Part shown: piece by piece, positions 15,181 through 27,911 of the stretch
Numbering within the stretch: the stretch's first letter is position 1
Layout of the letters: the number at the start of each line of letters is the position of its first letter
Assembly (NCBI RefSeq): GCF_009914755.1
Contig: NC_060947.1
Reading direction: 5' to 3' (one strand)
Length of the DNA stretch: 64,000 bases
Source: the human T2T-CHM13v2.0 reference genome, Homo sapiens
Notes under the pieces: model-generated
Seen by the model: the letters and a program-made list of their open reading frames with translations, nothing else
What the model was told of the DNA's origin: nothing
The model's database searches: none
Position numbers and translations under genes: made by a program

Positions 15181-17789
15181 ATATCTTGAGGGAAACAGGT
15201 CCTACAGAAATGAACAGTTACTCATAAAGGCCTTTGCTTGCGGTAGGCTGTCTTGGAAGTAGAGTTTTCGTCTACCTCATTTAAGAGAATAGCTTTGCAT
15301 TTTGCTATTAAATGTTCACCTACCCTTGCCACTGCCCTACATTGCATATTTTTCTGCCTAGGCAGATCTTGCTTCATCATTTCGATAAAAATGTCTTTGT
15401 CCCAAGCCAACCACATCATAGGGGTAAGGAGTATGTAAGCAGTGGCATTCCTTTCAGAACTCAGGACCATACAGCAGGAAGCATGAGGTGCCCGACTGAT
15501 CTTTATCTATGCAATATTTTAATCAAGTGGACAGGCATATGCTCTTCCTATTTCAGTCTCATTACCACATTGTCTGAGCAATTGAGGTTGGAGATGCTTC
15601 CCTGAACGGTGGCGAAAAGTATCTCTCTTGACTCCTGCCCCCAGCACGTGCCAGGATCCCTTTCTTCAATACAACCACAGTGTTCTGTTTGTGCATGCTT
15701 TGAGCCTTCAACACAGTCCACCTTTGAAGTATGGACTATTTCGAAGAAATAATGGCAACTCATAAGCACTACGAGGGACAGGAAACACTGGCCAACACAT
15801 ACATAGCAGGAAGATGAAATATTGGTGTGCAGGTGCTATTCACAGTGAGCTTTCCAAAAATATCAGCCTATTGTACTCTCCTTCTATGTTGTTTGAAACG
15901 ATAAGTGCATTTAAGGCTATGACTTGTACTTTAAGTCTAGCTTTGGTCACATTCCATAAGTTATAGACAATGTTCTTACTTCTGATTTTGCACGTTTCTC
16001 TTTTCAGTTTCGATTTCATTTCCTCCTTGCCTCAAGAACTGGACAATGTGGACATGTACCGGTCAATTTTTTGTTATATTGCACTTTGATTAATAGTTGG
16101 GGTTCTTTCCATTTCTCCTTTGAAGTTTACTTAGATGTTCTTGAAGGATTATATCCTAAAGACCATAAGAAAATCAGGATTTGATTTGTAGAGCGCACTT
16201 GTAGCATGCAGTCTGGGGACTCACAATTGCTTTTGTTTCATCAGGACACAGAGTAGATGGCCTTGCTCCCCATTCTGAATGCCTGCATTTTTGTACTCTC
16301 CATTCCTTCTTAAGAATTTGCTGTCATAGAGCAATTTGTAATCTTTTGTCATAGAGTGATTTTGCTATAGAGATGTTCTCTGTTACGGAGTAATGCTTAA
16401 CAGTTGCCTAGGTATGAAGGTAGCAATAGAAAAGGGAGGTTAAATTGAAAACCTAGGAAAGACCAAGCCTCTCTAAATCAGGCTGACAACAGTCTCCTCC
16501 AGAATCCCTTACTTGTCTTCCCTCCTGAACATAGAGAGGACCTGTAGGGGTCCCTCTAAGGTTTTTGCAACCTTGACCACCCCCCTTACCCCCACCCCCC
16601 ACCCCGGAGTCTGCAGGGATGGTTCCATAGTGTGCCAGGTATGTTGTCCAGGCTAAAATCCAGGAAAGTAAGGAATACACAGGGGAATCAGCCCCCAGGC
16701 GGCTCAGCATCAGGTAAGGGAGGAGAGACATTACACTTTGTCCGCTTGCCCCTGCAGCACACAGGCCATCCCGAGCAGAAACAGTCATGGGCACCTCCAG
16801 GAAACTGCACGGGCTTTCTTCTTGCAACACTTTCTCATTTCTAGCCCGGTCATATGGGCTGAATACTGCCATATATAAACAAAGCTCACCCTTAAACCCG
16901 GGCCAGCCCTCTACTTCTTGTCCTCCAGTCCTCTGTAACAGATGTGAAGTAGAATGCATCCAGAGCTCATCCCTCTGGCTCTCTTTTGCATTTACACTAA
17001 GCTCACTCAGCCCCCACTTCTTGGTTGTTAACAGTTGGGTTTGCGGATGTTGCTGGATTCCTTTCTCCCATCCAGTTGTTTAGTTTGCATGTTCAGACAG
17101 GACTTCTCGGAGGTCTAGCAAGCGTTGGTTTCACATTGTTAAGGATCTTGAGTATTAAAATGTTACAAACATATTGATATATTTTAGATAATTACTTTCA
17201 ATTGGCATCTCTAATACTGAACACAAGAATAGGAACGTATAAATTATTGAAGACGACTTCAAGAACTAAAATGTGAGGCCTTTTAAAAAGAGTCAGATGG
17301 TATCACCAGGTCTGAGAGTGGTCTCTTGAGTCTTATCAGCATTACATTTTACAAAAATTCTTCTTCGGACATCTCTTCCCAACTAGGTTCCCTCACTAAG
17401 AAGGAGAGAGTATGAAAGGCAGGCAGTGAAAGACAGGAGGCCTCTCATCCTAGTCTTCAGTATGAGAGGCGAGACCTCCACTGCTCTACCTGCTGACCCT
17501 CTTCGGTCTATCCTGGGCAGGGTGAAGTTCCTCCTCCCAAGATGTTACTCTCAGGGCAATTTCCCCCATGCGAAAGAGCCCTCCAATGCGCCAAGGCAGG
17601 AAAGAAGGGTGAAGGACATCTGTGGTTCTTGCTACAATTCTTCCCCTTCATTATGAGAGATGACATAATTAGCATTGAGAAATCTCCCAAATGTTTACCA
17701 ACTGAAGCGCCTCGACAAGTCTCCAGGTCTTTGTTACTTTCTTTGTTGTGGTTGTGCTAAAGATGGCTGTAAATGATGTCCTAACAATC

Positions 17790-18254
17790 TATGGCAGGCA
17801 GAAAAAATGCCCTTCAAGATGTCCAAGACCTATTCCCCAGAACAGATTAATATGGTACCTTCCAACACAAAAGGAAGTGTGCATATGTGATCATGTCAAG
17901 GGTCTTCAGTTAGGGACATTATGCAGTATTATCCAGGTCAATCCAAAGTAATTACAAGAGACCTTGCAAGAGGGAGGCAGGAGGGTCAGAGTGAGTACTA
18001 GGACATATGAGGACAGGAGCTAAAGTTTGGAGTGATGCCAGGAAGGGACCCTGAGCCAAGCAACGCAGGTGTCCTCTGGAAGCTGAAAAAGGTGAGGAAA
18101 TAGTTTGTCCAGAAAAGCCTCCAGAAGGAACTCGGCCCAGCTGGCACCTTGATTTTAGACTTCTGTCTTCCAGAACTGTACTAAAATAAACTTGTGCTGT
18201 TTTAAGCCACTAAATTTGTGGTCATTTGTTATACAGCAGTAGGAAGCTCCTACA
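17790..18254 (+). mobile_element. MaLR solo LTR (MLT1D-like), apparently within an older MLT1 remnant
   Basis: Starts tatggcaggcagaaaaaatgccc; contains gagccaagcaacgcaggtgtcctctggaagctg; ends gttttaagccactaaatttgtggtcatttgttatacagcagtagg. Confidence 0.8.
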
Positions 18255-20829
18255 CCTATCATCAAGAGGGGGGGTCTATGCCCCCTGCCCTTGAATCTTG
18301 ACAGGTTGAGCCAGCTTTAACAGAGTACAGCACAAGTGAAGCTGTGTGGATTCTGAGGCGAGGTCCTAGAAGACAGCACTGCTTCCATTTTGTTCTCTAG
18401 GGGTACAGGGGACAGACGTTGAGCACCAGTTAAAGGTCTGTGTCTGTGTTAGTTTGATGCTTGCCCTGTGTATGCATGTGTGTGTTTATGCTTCCTTTGA
18501 AGAGAGTTCTGTGCTGTGTTTACTTCCATATTGGCTAAAGGTTCCTCATTTGCCTTGTGTCATTAACACGTCCCAGTTGGAAAACCTCACAGATTTGTTT
18601 CTCTATGAGCACAATCTGCTTTTAAAAATCACTTTCTGAATCCTCTGTACTTGCATGAAACAAACACCTCACAGCGTGAGATTTTAACACTTTCTAGCTG
18701 GATGTGTTATGCAGACACATAAAAGGCCCCCTTTCACATTAAATTTGCTACATTTTCTGTTTTCCCATATTGCTTCACGCTGAAAATATACATTTACAGA
18801 ATATATTTGTGGGGGCAAAACATGTTTAAATGCTCATTGAAAAATATCAAAATACAGGACACCGAGTGAAAAGCACAACTTCTCTCTTGTCCAGTTCTAA
18901 AGTCTAGAGGCAATCATGATATTTCCGTGATTCCTTTCAGATATTTTGCTATAGAAGTCTTCTCTGGCATTTCGAAAATAATTTCATATTACATACATTG
19001 TCCTGTAAACTTGCTTTTTTCGTTTTAGAATGTACACGGGCTTCATTGCACATTGGCACACAAAAATCCATCACATTGCTTTCAATGAATGTTGTGTCAT
19101 CCACAGAACGGACTCACCAGAGTGCATTCAGACAGGCCCCTGTTGATAGACATGTGAGTTGATTCCAACTGATAACCCCCTGGCAAGGGGGACAGGCAGG
19201 TGAATGTGGCAAGGCGATGACAAGGATCCGAGTACAAAATTGCTACCTCACACGGCCATGGATCCATTGTCGAACACAGTCTGGATATATGTTTACCTGG
19301 GGAAAGCAAACAGGGCAAGCGTCTTGATGGATAACCCCCTTACAAATGGAAAGTTCAAAGTGGAAGTATAGATAGATATCTCACTTGGTTGGTGGGATTT
19401 TAACAAGTTTTGTTTATACCAGTTATGAGGAAAAAGATCAAAGGCCCCCTCTAACACTTAGCTGGTCATATTTTCTGTTGTTCTATATAATTTTACCCTG
19501 GACTCTATGCATCGATTATATGTAATGTGACAGGAAGCATTTCAGTGCTCACAGAAAACCAATCAAATATACAGCCCCCAGAGGAAAAATCACATTGTCT
19601 CTCTCTCCAGTTACACTCCATTGTGGCCGCATGTTATTTATTATGTATCCATCCAAATATTTAAACACTAAAAAAGCTTACCATTGTTTGTAGAACTGGC
19701 GTCACAGGGTGTGCAGTGTACGCACTTCCAACTTGCTTGCTTGCTTCTTGTAATGATGTATGTGGCCATCTTTACACATTACTATACAGAAATCCACCAC
19801 ATGTTTTTTAATGGCTACAAGGTAATCCACTGAATGGATTCACCAAAATCTATTCAGACAGGCACCTCCTGATAGACATTTAAGGTGTTCATATTTTATA
19901 AGTAATTGCCCAGTGTGGCCTGAAGGTAAGTGATCTAGGAAGATGGCAGGGAGGTGGAAATACAGCCATGTAATTACATGCCCACAGTGGTGAGTCAACA
20001 CCGCTGTGCCTTCTCCAACCACTGGCTTGGTCAACTGTTTTCCCAGTGGAGACTGCCCATGCATAGGAAATCCTCCTAGGTTCCTGTGAGCATGTACAGC
20101 CAAGGACAGCAGAGAGCCACTTACTGGAGCAGAACACGTGTGGTTGGATCAAATGCTGGACAATTTTTGAAGAGAGGTTTGCAAAAATGCAAAGTTAAAG
20201 ATGAGAGCAAGGTTGATGCCAAAGGAATAAAGGCAGCCAGGGGAAAGGTCCAAAACTAGGGTTGAACAGGCCGCATGAGGATGGGGAAATTTTGAAAGGT
20301 AAAGATGTCTCCAGGGAGGTAAAATGGATTTTCAAGAAGCTAGAGGCATTTTCTTTATCTTGTCACCACTCTGCAGTCAAAGACCACCAGGAACACACCC
20401 GTAGTTAAACAAGCTCAACTTTCTGAGTACAGTTTATTGCTTGATGAACAAGTTGAGTTCATTACTCAAAGAACAAAAGGAGACTGCAAGGCATGAGGGA
20501 ACCATGGAGACTCTCAGGAAGAGAGTGTTAGAAAGAAATAAGATCTGGGCTTCAGCTAGGTGATTTAGAGGAGGGTTTCCTGAAGCAGGGTTTGGCTCTG
20601 GATTGGATGCTGCCAGGAAGTGGGGGGTAATTTTGTGACTGGGTATATTTGTAAACCTTATCCTAGAGGAACGAAGATTTGAAAAAAGCTATTGTTGGCA
20701 CAGAAGGAGTAGTCACTCACATCAGCCAGGATGGCAGGTGTTTGGTGCCTTTTGTGACTTGGGCAATGTTCCTGTTTTGTTGTCTTCAGACTAGATTTGG
20801 CAGTGGCCTTGTTGTTGTTGTTTGTTTTA

Positions 20830-23260
20830 TCTAGACATTTTACCTTAAAAGAGATTTATATTTATACAAAAGTTGTGAAGATAGTACAGCGAGGTCCCTC
20901 ATATCCCTCACCCAGTTTCCCCTATGCATCTTGCACTAAAGTGTCATTAGCATTTGATACGGTTAGTGAACCGATCCTAATACATTATTATGACCCAAAG
21001 TCCTCACTTTATTCAGACTTCCTCCATTTTAATCAAATGTCCTTTTTCTGTTTCAGCCTCACATACAGGATGCTACATTATATTTAAAATAATCATGCCG
21101 TCTTAGGGTGCTCTTGGTTGTGATAGTTTCTCAGACTTCCCTTGTTTCTGATGACTCTTGACAGCTTTGATGACTACTGGCCAGGTATTTTGCAGAATGT
21201 CTTTCGACCGGGATTTGCCAGGTGATTTTCTCATGATGACACTGGGGTTACGGGTTTTCGAGAGGAAGACCAAGAAAGTTAAGTGCCATTCTCATCACCC
21301 CCTATCAAGAGAGCATACAATCCACATGACATGACAGTTAAGTTCAACCTTGGTCACCTGGCTGAGGTCGTATGGATCAGGTTTCTCAGCAGTAAAGGTA
21401 TGTTTTTCTGCCTTTCCACATTCTACTCTTTGGAAGGAGGTTACTGCGCACAGCATATGCTGAAGGAGGGGAGAGTTCTTTTCTACCTTATCTTGGGTAA
21501 AATATCTGCGAAAAATTGGAATTATTCTGCAAAGGAGATTTGTCTCTTCGCCCTATTTATTTATATCAGTATGGACTCATGGATATTTATTTTGTATTTT
21601 AAGTTATAATCCAAAAGCACTGTATCTGTTCTGTTGCCCAGCTTGCTCCAGCTTTAGCCATTGGGAGCACTTTTAGCAGGCTCCTGTGTCTCTTTGCCAT
21701 ACTCCCATCATTGTGTGTGTGTTTGTGTGTGTGCTTACTGGTATTACAAGATTCTCCAGGCTCATATTGCACAATCCCAGGCTCAGCCTTGGAATCAGTC
21801 GTTTAGCCAAAGAGCCCTGGCTCCTTTTATTGTTGGATGACATTAGAAACCAAGGTTTGGGCTCTAGGTGTGCTCTTTACTACTTGGGTGTCATTGCTTC
21901 TTGGCTCTCTCAGCTGACAGAGCAAGAAATCATGTGTGTGCAAGCTGACTCGCGTGTGGTAGGTAAGCAGTGATCCCCCAGTGATGTCTACTTCACAATC
22001 CCCATAACCTGTGAATATGTTACCTTACACGAAAAAAGAAAGTTTCAAATATGATTAAGTTAAAGATCGTGACATGAGGAGATTATCCCACATTATGGGA
22101 GTGGGCCACATATAATCACAAGCGTCATGTTCTATAAATGAGCCAGAAATGCACCCTGTCTATCGGCCTAAAATGATCCCCATGTAGTTTACTTCTTCAC
22201 AGCAGGCTAGGACTATTGCCTCAAAGCCCACTGGTGCCGCTCACATTCTCATATATTCAGTCTCTTTAAATATAATCTGAAAATGTATTTTTAAGTCCTT
22301 TAGAATGTACCTATTTTCCATCTCTCACAAAACTGCTCCCAATATCCGCTAACCATAGAAAAGACAAACTCAATAGCTATAAAAGACCCCCAAACCACTG
22401 CTGCCCTTCAAAGCTCTGTGACCCAGAGAACTCCCCACCTTGCTGCTGATGACATCACCCACTCATGTAAGCCCCCTCTCTGGTTTCCTCCTCTTTCTCA
22501 GAAATCCCCTTGCCCTCATCCCCTTCTGGGTGGTGGCTCCACGCTGCTGTCTCTGGAAGGTGTCTTGCAGAGACTTTGCCTCTCATACAACCCTGTCCAA
22601 GCATGGTCCCAGTATAGCTTCTGTGCGACTGGCTTTCACAGTCCCTTCTCTTCCTTCTTTAATCCCCAAATACATGAACCACAGAGACTTTTAAGAGGGA
22701 GGCAGAGGGATCAGAGTGCATCGCAGGAGATATTACTATGGAAAGAAGTTGGAGTGATGCCAGCAAGGAATAATGAAACAAGGAAGCCAGGCCGGTCCTA
22801 GAAGCTGAAAAAAGCAAGGAATTGAACTCTGCCCTAAAGTCTCCAAAAGGAACATAGCCCTAACCAGCAACCTGATGTTAGACCTCTGAACTCCAGACTC
22901 TAAGAGAAATTTTTGTTTGTTTAAAGCCACTACACTTGTGGAAATTTGTTACAGCAGCAATAGGACACTAATACATCTTGTGTACACACATACCTATAAA
23001 TGTTTCTACATATACCCTTCTTCATCTTTATTAACATAAGCATGAGTTCATACCAATCTCTCCAACTCTAATCCCTTATCACATGAGTCATCGTAGCTGT
23101 CCCATTTACTTCACTAACTTTCCTCACCAAGAGTGAGAAATCTGGCTTCTACCATCACACATCCATTAACTTATTTGTCTAACCCAGTACCCATTCAAGC
23201 AATCTTAGAAATGTTCATCTATACACCCCCAGGAGAACTTATAAACCTCAGCACAATGTT
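20830..23260 (-). mobile_element. L1MC-type 3' region interrupted by nested LTRs
   Basis: L1MC-like antisense 3'UTR motifs (ccctcacccagtttcccc, ggccaggtattttgcagaatgtc, ccttggtcacctggctgaggt). Confidence 0.65.
21955..22976 (+). mobile_element. MLT1D-like LTR split by an ERVL-type LTR (about 22128-22690)
   Basis: MLT1 5' half (tgtggtagg...acctgtgaatatgttacctta) and 3' half (aagagggaggcagaggg...ttaaagccactacacttgtggaaatttgttacagcagcaatagg) separated by about 560 bp of unrelated LTR-like sequence. Confidence 0.7.
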
Positions 23261-23614
23261 TTGACGTTGGCCTAATCCCTGACCTTTATTTTTATTTTTA
23301 ACTTACCCTTCAACTTTTAAATTTTGAAATATTTTGCATGCATAGAGAATTTGCTTCTTTCTTCCTGGAAAGCTCAGCACTATAGATGCTGCCCTTACTC
23401 CCGTCCCACTCCTTCCCACTGGATGCCTGTCCCCTTCCCCTGACAGACTCACCAAGAGCTGCTTTGCAGGGTTTTACACCTGCTTGACCCCAGCCCCACT
23501 CCCATCACTGCACTTCCCCACCAAAGCCCCTGGCCAGCCCCAGAGCACCTGGTGTCTGTAGCTCCCATAACCGTCCCAACTCAACCACTGGGCTCTTCCA
23601 GAAGCTTCTACCCA

Positions 23615-23615
<1 letters not shown>

Positions 23616-23659
<44 letters not shown>
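23616..23659. repeat. (CA)n microsatellite
   Basis: Read directly from the sequence. Confidence 0.95.
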
Positions 23660-23661
<2 letters not shown>

Positions 23662-25611
23662 GTATGCATAACTGCACACAGTGACACTGGAAGGAAATGG
23701 TGAAGTATTGAGAGGCTTGCAAAGGAAGGGAAGCGTATTGGAACAGGAAACATGAATTGAGATTCAAGACAGGGGAAACCCAGAGCAGAAAAGCACCTGG
23801 CCCCACATCCTGGGAAGGAGACCTGCTCTCAGTGCTCCACTCCAACAGGAGGAGGCAACAGGAGCTCAGAAATGACATCCTGGCACTTAGGAAAGCAAGG
23901 TTCTGACATGGTGCCCTGGGGTCCCCCATGAGTCGTTTGTAGCACAGACGAGTTATAGCTGCAGGTCCAGAAAGAGACTCCACAGAAGAGTTGAGAGAAC
24001 AGCTCAACAAGATGAGGCCAGGGACAGAAAAGAGGAAGACCCAAAGCGTGTAACTCTCCTAATTGCAAGCCACAACAGCAGCGGCAGACACCAGCCTCAG
24101 ACGCCGGTGTATGCCTAGGGCCAGGCAGAATCAATTATATCCACCATAGGTGTAGGGCAGACAATGGCCAACATCCAAAGGTCAAGGGAGATGAGACAGC
24201 CAAGAGGCAGGTCCATCCTTCTTGTGCAGTCATCTTATTTAAGTTCTCTCTGTATCCAGATAGCCTCCTGAGGAAGAAGAAGAGAAAAAAGAGGAGGGAG
24301 AGGAAGAGAGGCTGGGGAAGGAGGAGAGGAAGATGAATAGACAGAGTAAGGGGAAGAGTAGGAGGAGTGGTAAAGGAGTGCACGAGGGCTTCTTGGAGTC
24401 TTCAACACTGATGGACTTCGTATAGCACCCACTGGGGGATATAGCACAGAATAGTTGCCCAAACATACTGGCCAAGAGAGTACATTGTTTACAGGACAGT
24501 TAGCAACATCTCATAGATCTAGTATTCCATGAAACAGTTTCAGAAATATAATTGAATAATGTAATGTGGTGAAAAGGGGTATTTGACATAAAGGATGGGC
24601 AGTGAGACTCCAAAGATCCTTTCCCTTCTCAAATTTGCTTTGACTGACGCTGCGCTGGTCGTGCTCTGAATCTCCCTCTTGGTTTTCTCTCTAAGAATAG
24701 GACCCCACTTAAGTATAGCCTCTTTCCAAGCTGCCATAGCCTGCATTGCTGTTAATGGGGACTATGCCTGGTCTAATTCAACTCTTTTAAAGCTAATCCA
24801 GAAGACATTCAACTGGAGCCCTTCAACTGAACAGGAGACCCCAGTCACCTAACATTGTGTTCAGAGAGAGCAGCTGGGAGTTGTTGCAGCTTCTTGGCAT
24901 TTCTTCAATAATCAATGACTTGTAAGACTGGAGACAGAAGAAAGGTGAAAAGCAACAGCAGTGGAGCTGGGCATTGCGAGTCCCATCTGAACTGCGACAA
25001 AAAGGATTCATTACTAGACTCCCAACACAAGCTTGAGAAGGCCATCTGTTGCTGCCAGTGGCTATGTCAGTGCTGAAATGGAGTCACCACCCCAGAACAG
25101 CATTTCCAAGAATCCCTGGGGACAGGGGCACCCACTATGGGGACAGTGTGCTGAGCGTGGGCCTGGATGGGCATAGGTGGGTGGGAGCAACCTAACCAGC
25201 TACTCATCCCGTTCCATAGAGAAAGTAATGATAGGGACATGAATAAAGTTCCAGCTGCTATGGGAGACCTGGAGAGGAGGAGGTTCTTGAAATTCCACGT
25301 GCTGAGGAACCCCTCAGTAAGAGGTGAGACGCTGCAGCTTGGATTCCACTAGGCTGAATGGCAAGAATAGAGTTTCTGACAAATGCAGCCCAAGATCTCC
25401 ATGAAATCCCAGGGACAGACCTGTGCCTAACACCCAGCATGGCACATCTGCAGGCAGGACACACTACAAAAATCCTGCTTTCTTTTCCCCAAGGGGAAGA
25501 TTTTGATGTCTGCAATGCTCCTTCCATGGCTAAACACATATCTCACAATTCTCTGGGACAGAGGTCCTGCAATCAGTTTCCAATTAAAACTGATAATTGG
25601 CAAAACACTTA

Positions 25612-25873
25612 AAACATGCTATCTATAGACAGGAAATGTAGCTCCAGTTCATTGAAAATTTTCACAAACGGCGAGTATTGAACTATTTAAGGAACAGACG
25701 GTGCCAAAAAGATTCTGACACTGACTTATGTATTTAGACACTGGCCCTGCAGAGCTAGGTCTCACCTTTCCATCTATAGGGCTGCTTATGGCAATCGCCG
25801 TGACGCTCTGCTTTGGGGGCTTTTTGTCTCACCCTTAGAGCATGCTGGATATGACCCAAGGCCAACTGAAGGT
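25612..25873 (+). repeat. Segment A of local duplication (copy at 28221-28482)
   Basis: Colinear match to 28221-28482, with 6 mismatches in the first 120 nt. Confidence 0.95.
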
Positions 25874-25874
25874 G

Positions 25875-26207
25875 ACAGGGATTTATATCTCCCATGGGGG
25901 AAGTACTTTAACAAGAATGGTTGGGTATTTGGTGGCTAAATACCCCCAAGCCATCTCATTCTGCACTTGGGATGAATGTGAGGAGAGTGTTCTACAAAGT
26001 CTCCCATAGGGTTCCCCTGGGAATTAGCTCCAGTCGCCCACAGTGGAAACCTGCTAGCTTATTCCTCCCACTTAAATTGGCTGCATTCCTTGTATGTCTC
26101 ACCTCCCCACACCCTTACCTGTGCTATCTGGGACTCCCTCCCAAGTAAGTGTTTTCCACTCACAAGTGTGCCTCAGGGTCTATTTCCAGGGAACCCACAC
26201 TTGAACA
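25875..26207 (+). mobile_element. LTR16-like ERVL LTR remnant
   Basis: LTR16-type motifs gtcgcccacagtggaaacctgct and cctcccaagtaagt...cctcagggtctatttccagggaaccca. Confidence 0.65.
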
Positions 26208-26770
26208 CCTTGTATGCTAATTTATCCTCGAACTTGAATGTCTGGCTAGAAGTAGAATTGTAGGCTCAAAGTTATTTTGCACCAACACTTGAAAGACCAT
26301 TCGTTATTTCCTGGGCATTTCTGGTTACCTCTTTAGCTGCCTTTCTTTTTTTCTCAATTTAAGAAGTATATCTCTTGCGAGAATTCCCTCCCCACTCTGC
26401 AAGCCACTCTCATTTTAAATTTATTTGATTTCAATTTCTACCCATGCTCTCCCCCAAACTTCAAGGGAGACAAATCAAGACCTCTAAGTGGGCTCCTGAA
26501 AGTCCCCTCCCCCTAGAAATTTAGGGTTGCAGGGCCTCTCCATGTTCCACTCAGCTGCCCTTCCAGCTTCTCTAAGCAGGGCCCCTCGTGTCTCCAACAT
26601 CCCCAGACTCTACAACGTTAGTAAACACCTTCTCGGAGGGCAGTAGGTAAAGTTCATCTGCTGTGGCCTCGGGTAACACAGAGACGGGTCAGAAGTCAAG
26701 AAACCAGGTGATCAAAGACCATGTCCAGCCAAAAGCAGTGAGAACACAGCTTCCACTTGTAATGGTTGCA

Positions 26771-27070
26771 TCAGGGGAAGGATTTATTGATCCACACCAT
26801 TTTCTTGGATTTTCCATCCTCCCCAGGGGGCAGAGGTGGGTTGATTGTGTGGCGTGTCGGCAAAGGCCAGGTCCACCCTGGTATGGCTTGCTTCAGTGTC
26901 CACAGCCACTCTGTCAGATCCGCATCGTTTCTATGATTCCCAAGCTGTCTACTGAGTAAAACGCTCAGCACCGATTTAGAGGCCAGGCTGGGTCTTAAGT
27001 ATTCATCCACCTTCCTCCTGATGCTCCATGCAGATGTGCTGGGACCTACTTCAGAGTGTCCCTGAGCCAT
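26771..27070 (-). CDS. Diverged ETD-family microprotein paralog, 99 aa (ETD core plus read-through tail); candidate gene or recent pseudogene
   Basis: First 60 aa align to the ETD protein with one gap: 21/59 identical overall, 15/26 in the motif VLxxLxxRQLGxHRxDxDLxxWxWxL. Homologous acceptor (ctagattctatcaactttcacag, AG at 27122-27121), 5'UTR and gtggagtcaagcagtcATG start context. AATAAA at 26788-26783. Confidence 0.7.
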   Translation of the reverse strand: MAQGHSEVGPSTSAWSIRRKVDEYLRPSLASKSVLSVLLSRQLGNHRNDADLTEWLWTLKQAIPGWTWPLPTRHTINPPLPPGEDGKSKKMVWINKSFP

Positions 27071-27757
27071 GACTGCTTGACTCCACAGATGGCTTCAGGA
27101 AGACAGCACAGAAGAGGGACCTGTGAAAGTTGATAGAATCTAGAATTACCTGAAGGAGAAGCATCAAGTAGCCCCAGAAGCCTCTCTGCACTTCTCCTCC
27201 CTAACACACATGCGTGCATGTGCACACACACACACACAATCATAAAAGTCAGCTTTGTGGCAACTTGTGATTTTTAAATTTCTTTGAGTTTCACATATGC
27301 ATGAGTATATTTCTAGAATCTCTTCGTTGGTCCATGGACATGTCTATCAATTCTTGTCTCATTCACCAATACTACAGAGTAAGTTTTGAGTCCAGAATGA
27401 CAAGCCACCCCTCTTGCATAATCCTTCACATTTTTTTGGAATATAATTTCATCCGATCTTCCAGTTACACACACACTCAAAATTCTGCTATAAACTATCA
27501 TTAGGATTGTACTGGATATACTGATTTATTTAGAGGCGAATTGATGCCATTGAAAAAATTGATCTTCCTCTTAAGAAAAATGTAGTATTTTAAAATATTA
27601 TGTGACTATTCAAACTGAAGGCTCATAAAAAGTGGCATGTGTGTTTTCCTTGTATTTACCTTCATTATTTTTCTAGGTGTTTCATAACGTTTGCAACCAA
27701 TGTAAATGGGATAGCTTAAATCTATGATATTCCCTATTTATTGGAAGACTGTGCAAA

Positions 27758-27911
27758 TTTTTAATTTATTTATGTATTCATTTATTTTTATTGTAGAGAT
27801 GGGGTCTCCTTATGTTGCCCAGGCTGGTCTTGAACTCCTGGGCTCAAGCGCTCCACCCCGCTCAGCCTTCCAAAGTGCTGGGATTATAGGCGAGAGCCAC
27901 TGTGCCTCACC
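27758..27911 (-). mobile_element. FLAM / Alu monomer
   Basis: Single antisense arm (gtagagatggggtctcc...gagccactgtgcc) with a T-rich tail. Degenerate TSD t(g/a)tgcaaa. Confidence 0.85.

Noticed and set aside
16453-16959. 168-aa minus-strand ORF with nearby C-rich (G4-like) tract, TATATAAA and CAG|GTAAGG
   Set aside because: No recognisable protein similarity or gene structure, and such motifs occur by chance.
23697-24053. Frame reading ...DLLSVLHSNRRRQQELRNDILALRK...EELREQLNKMR, faintly like ETD LSVL...RND, as a third ETD copy
   Set aside because: It has three internal stops, lacks the QLG and WxW motifs, and shows no homologous acceptor or UTR. The similarity is not distinguishable from chance by eye.
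23474-24475. Several 70-180 aa ORFs across (CA)n and purine-rich tracts
   Set aside because: Low-complexity artefacts (VCVCVC, poly-S/L/P).
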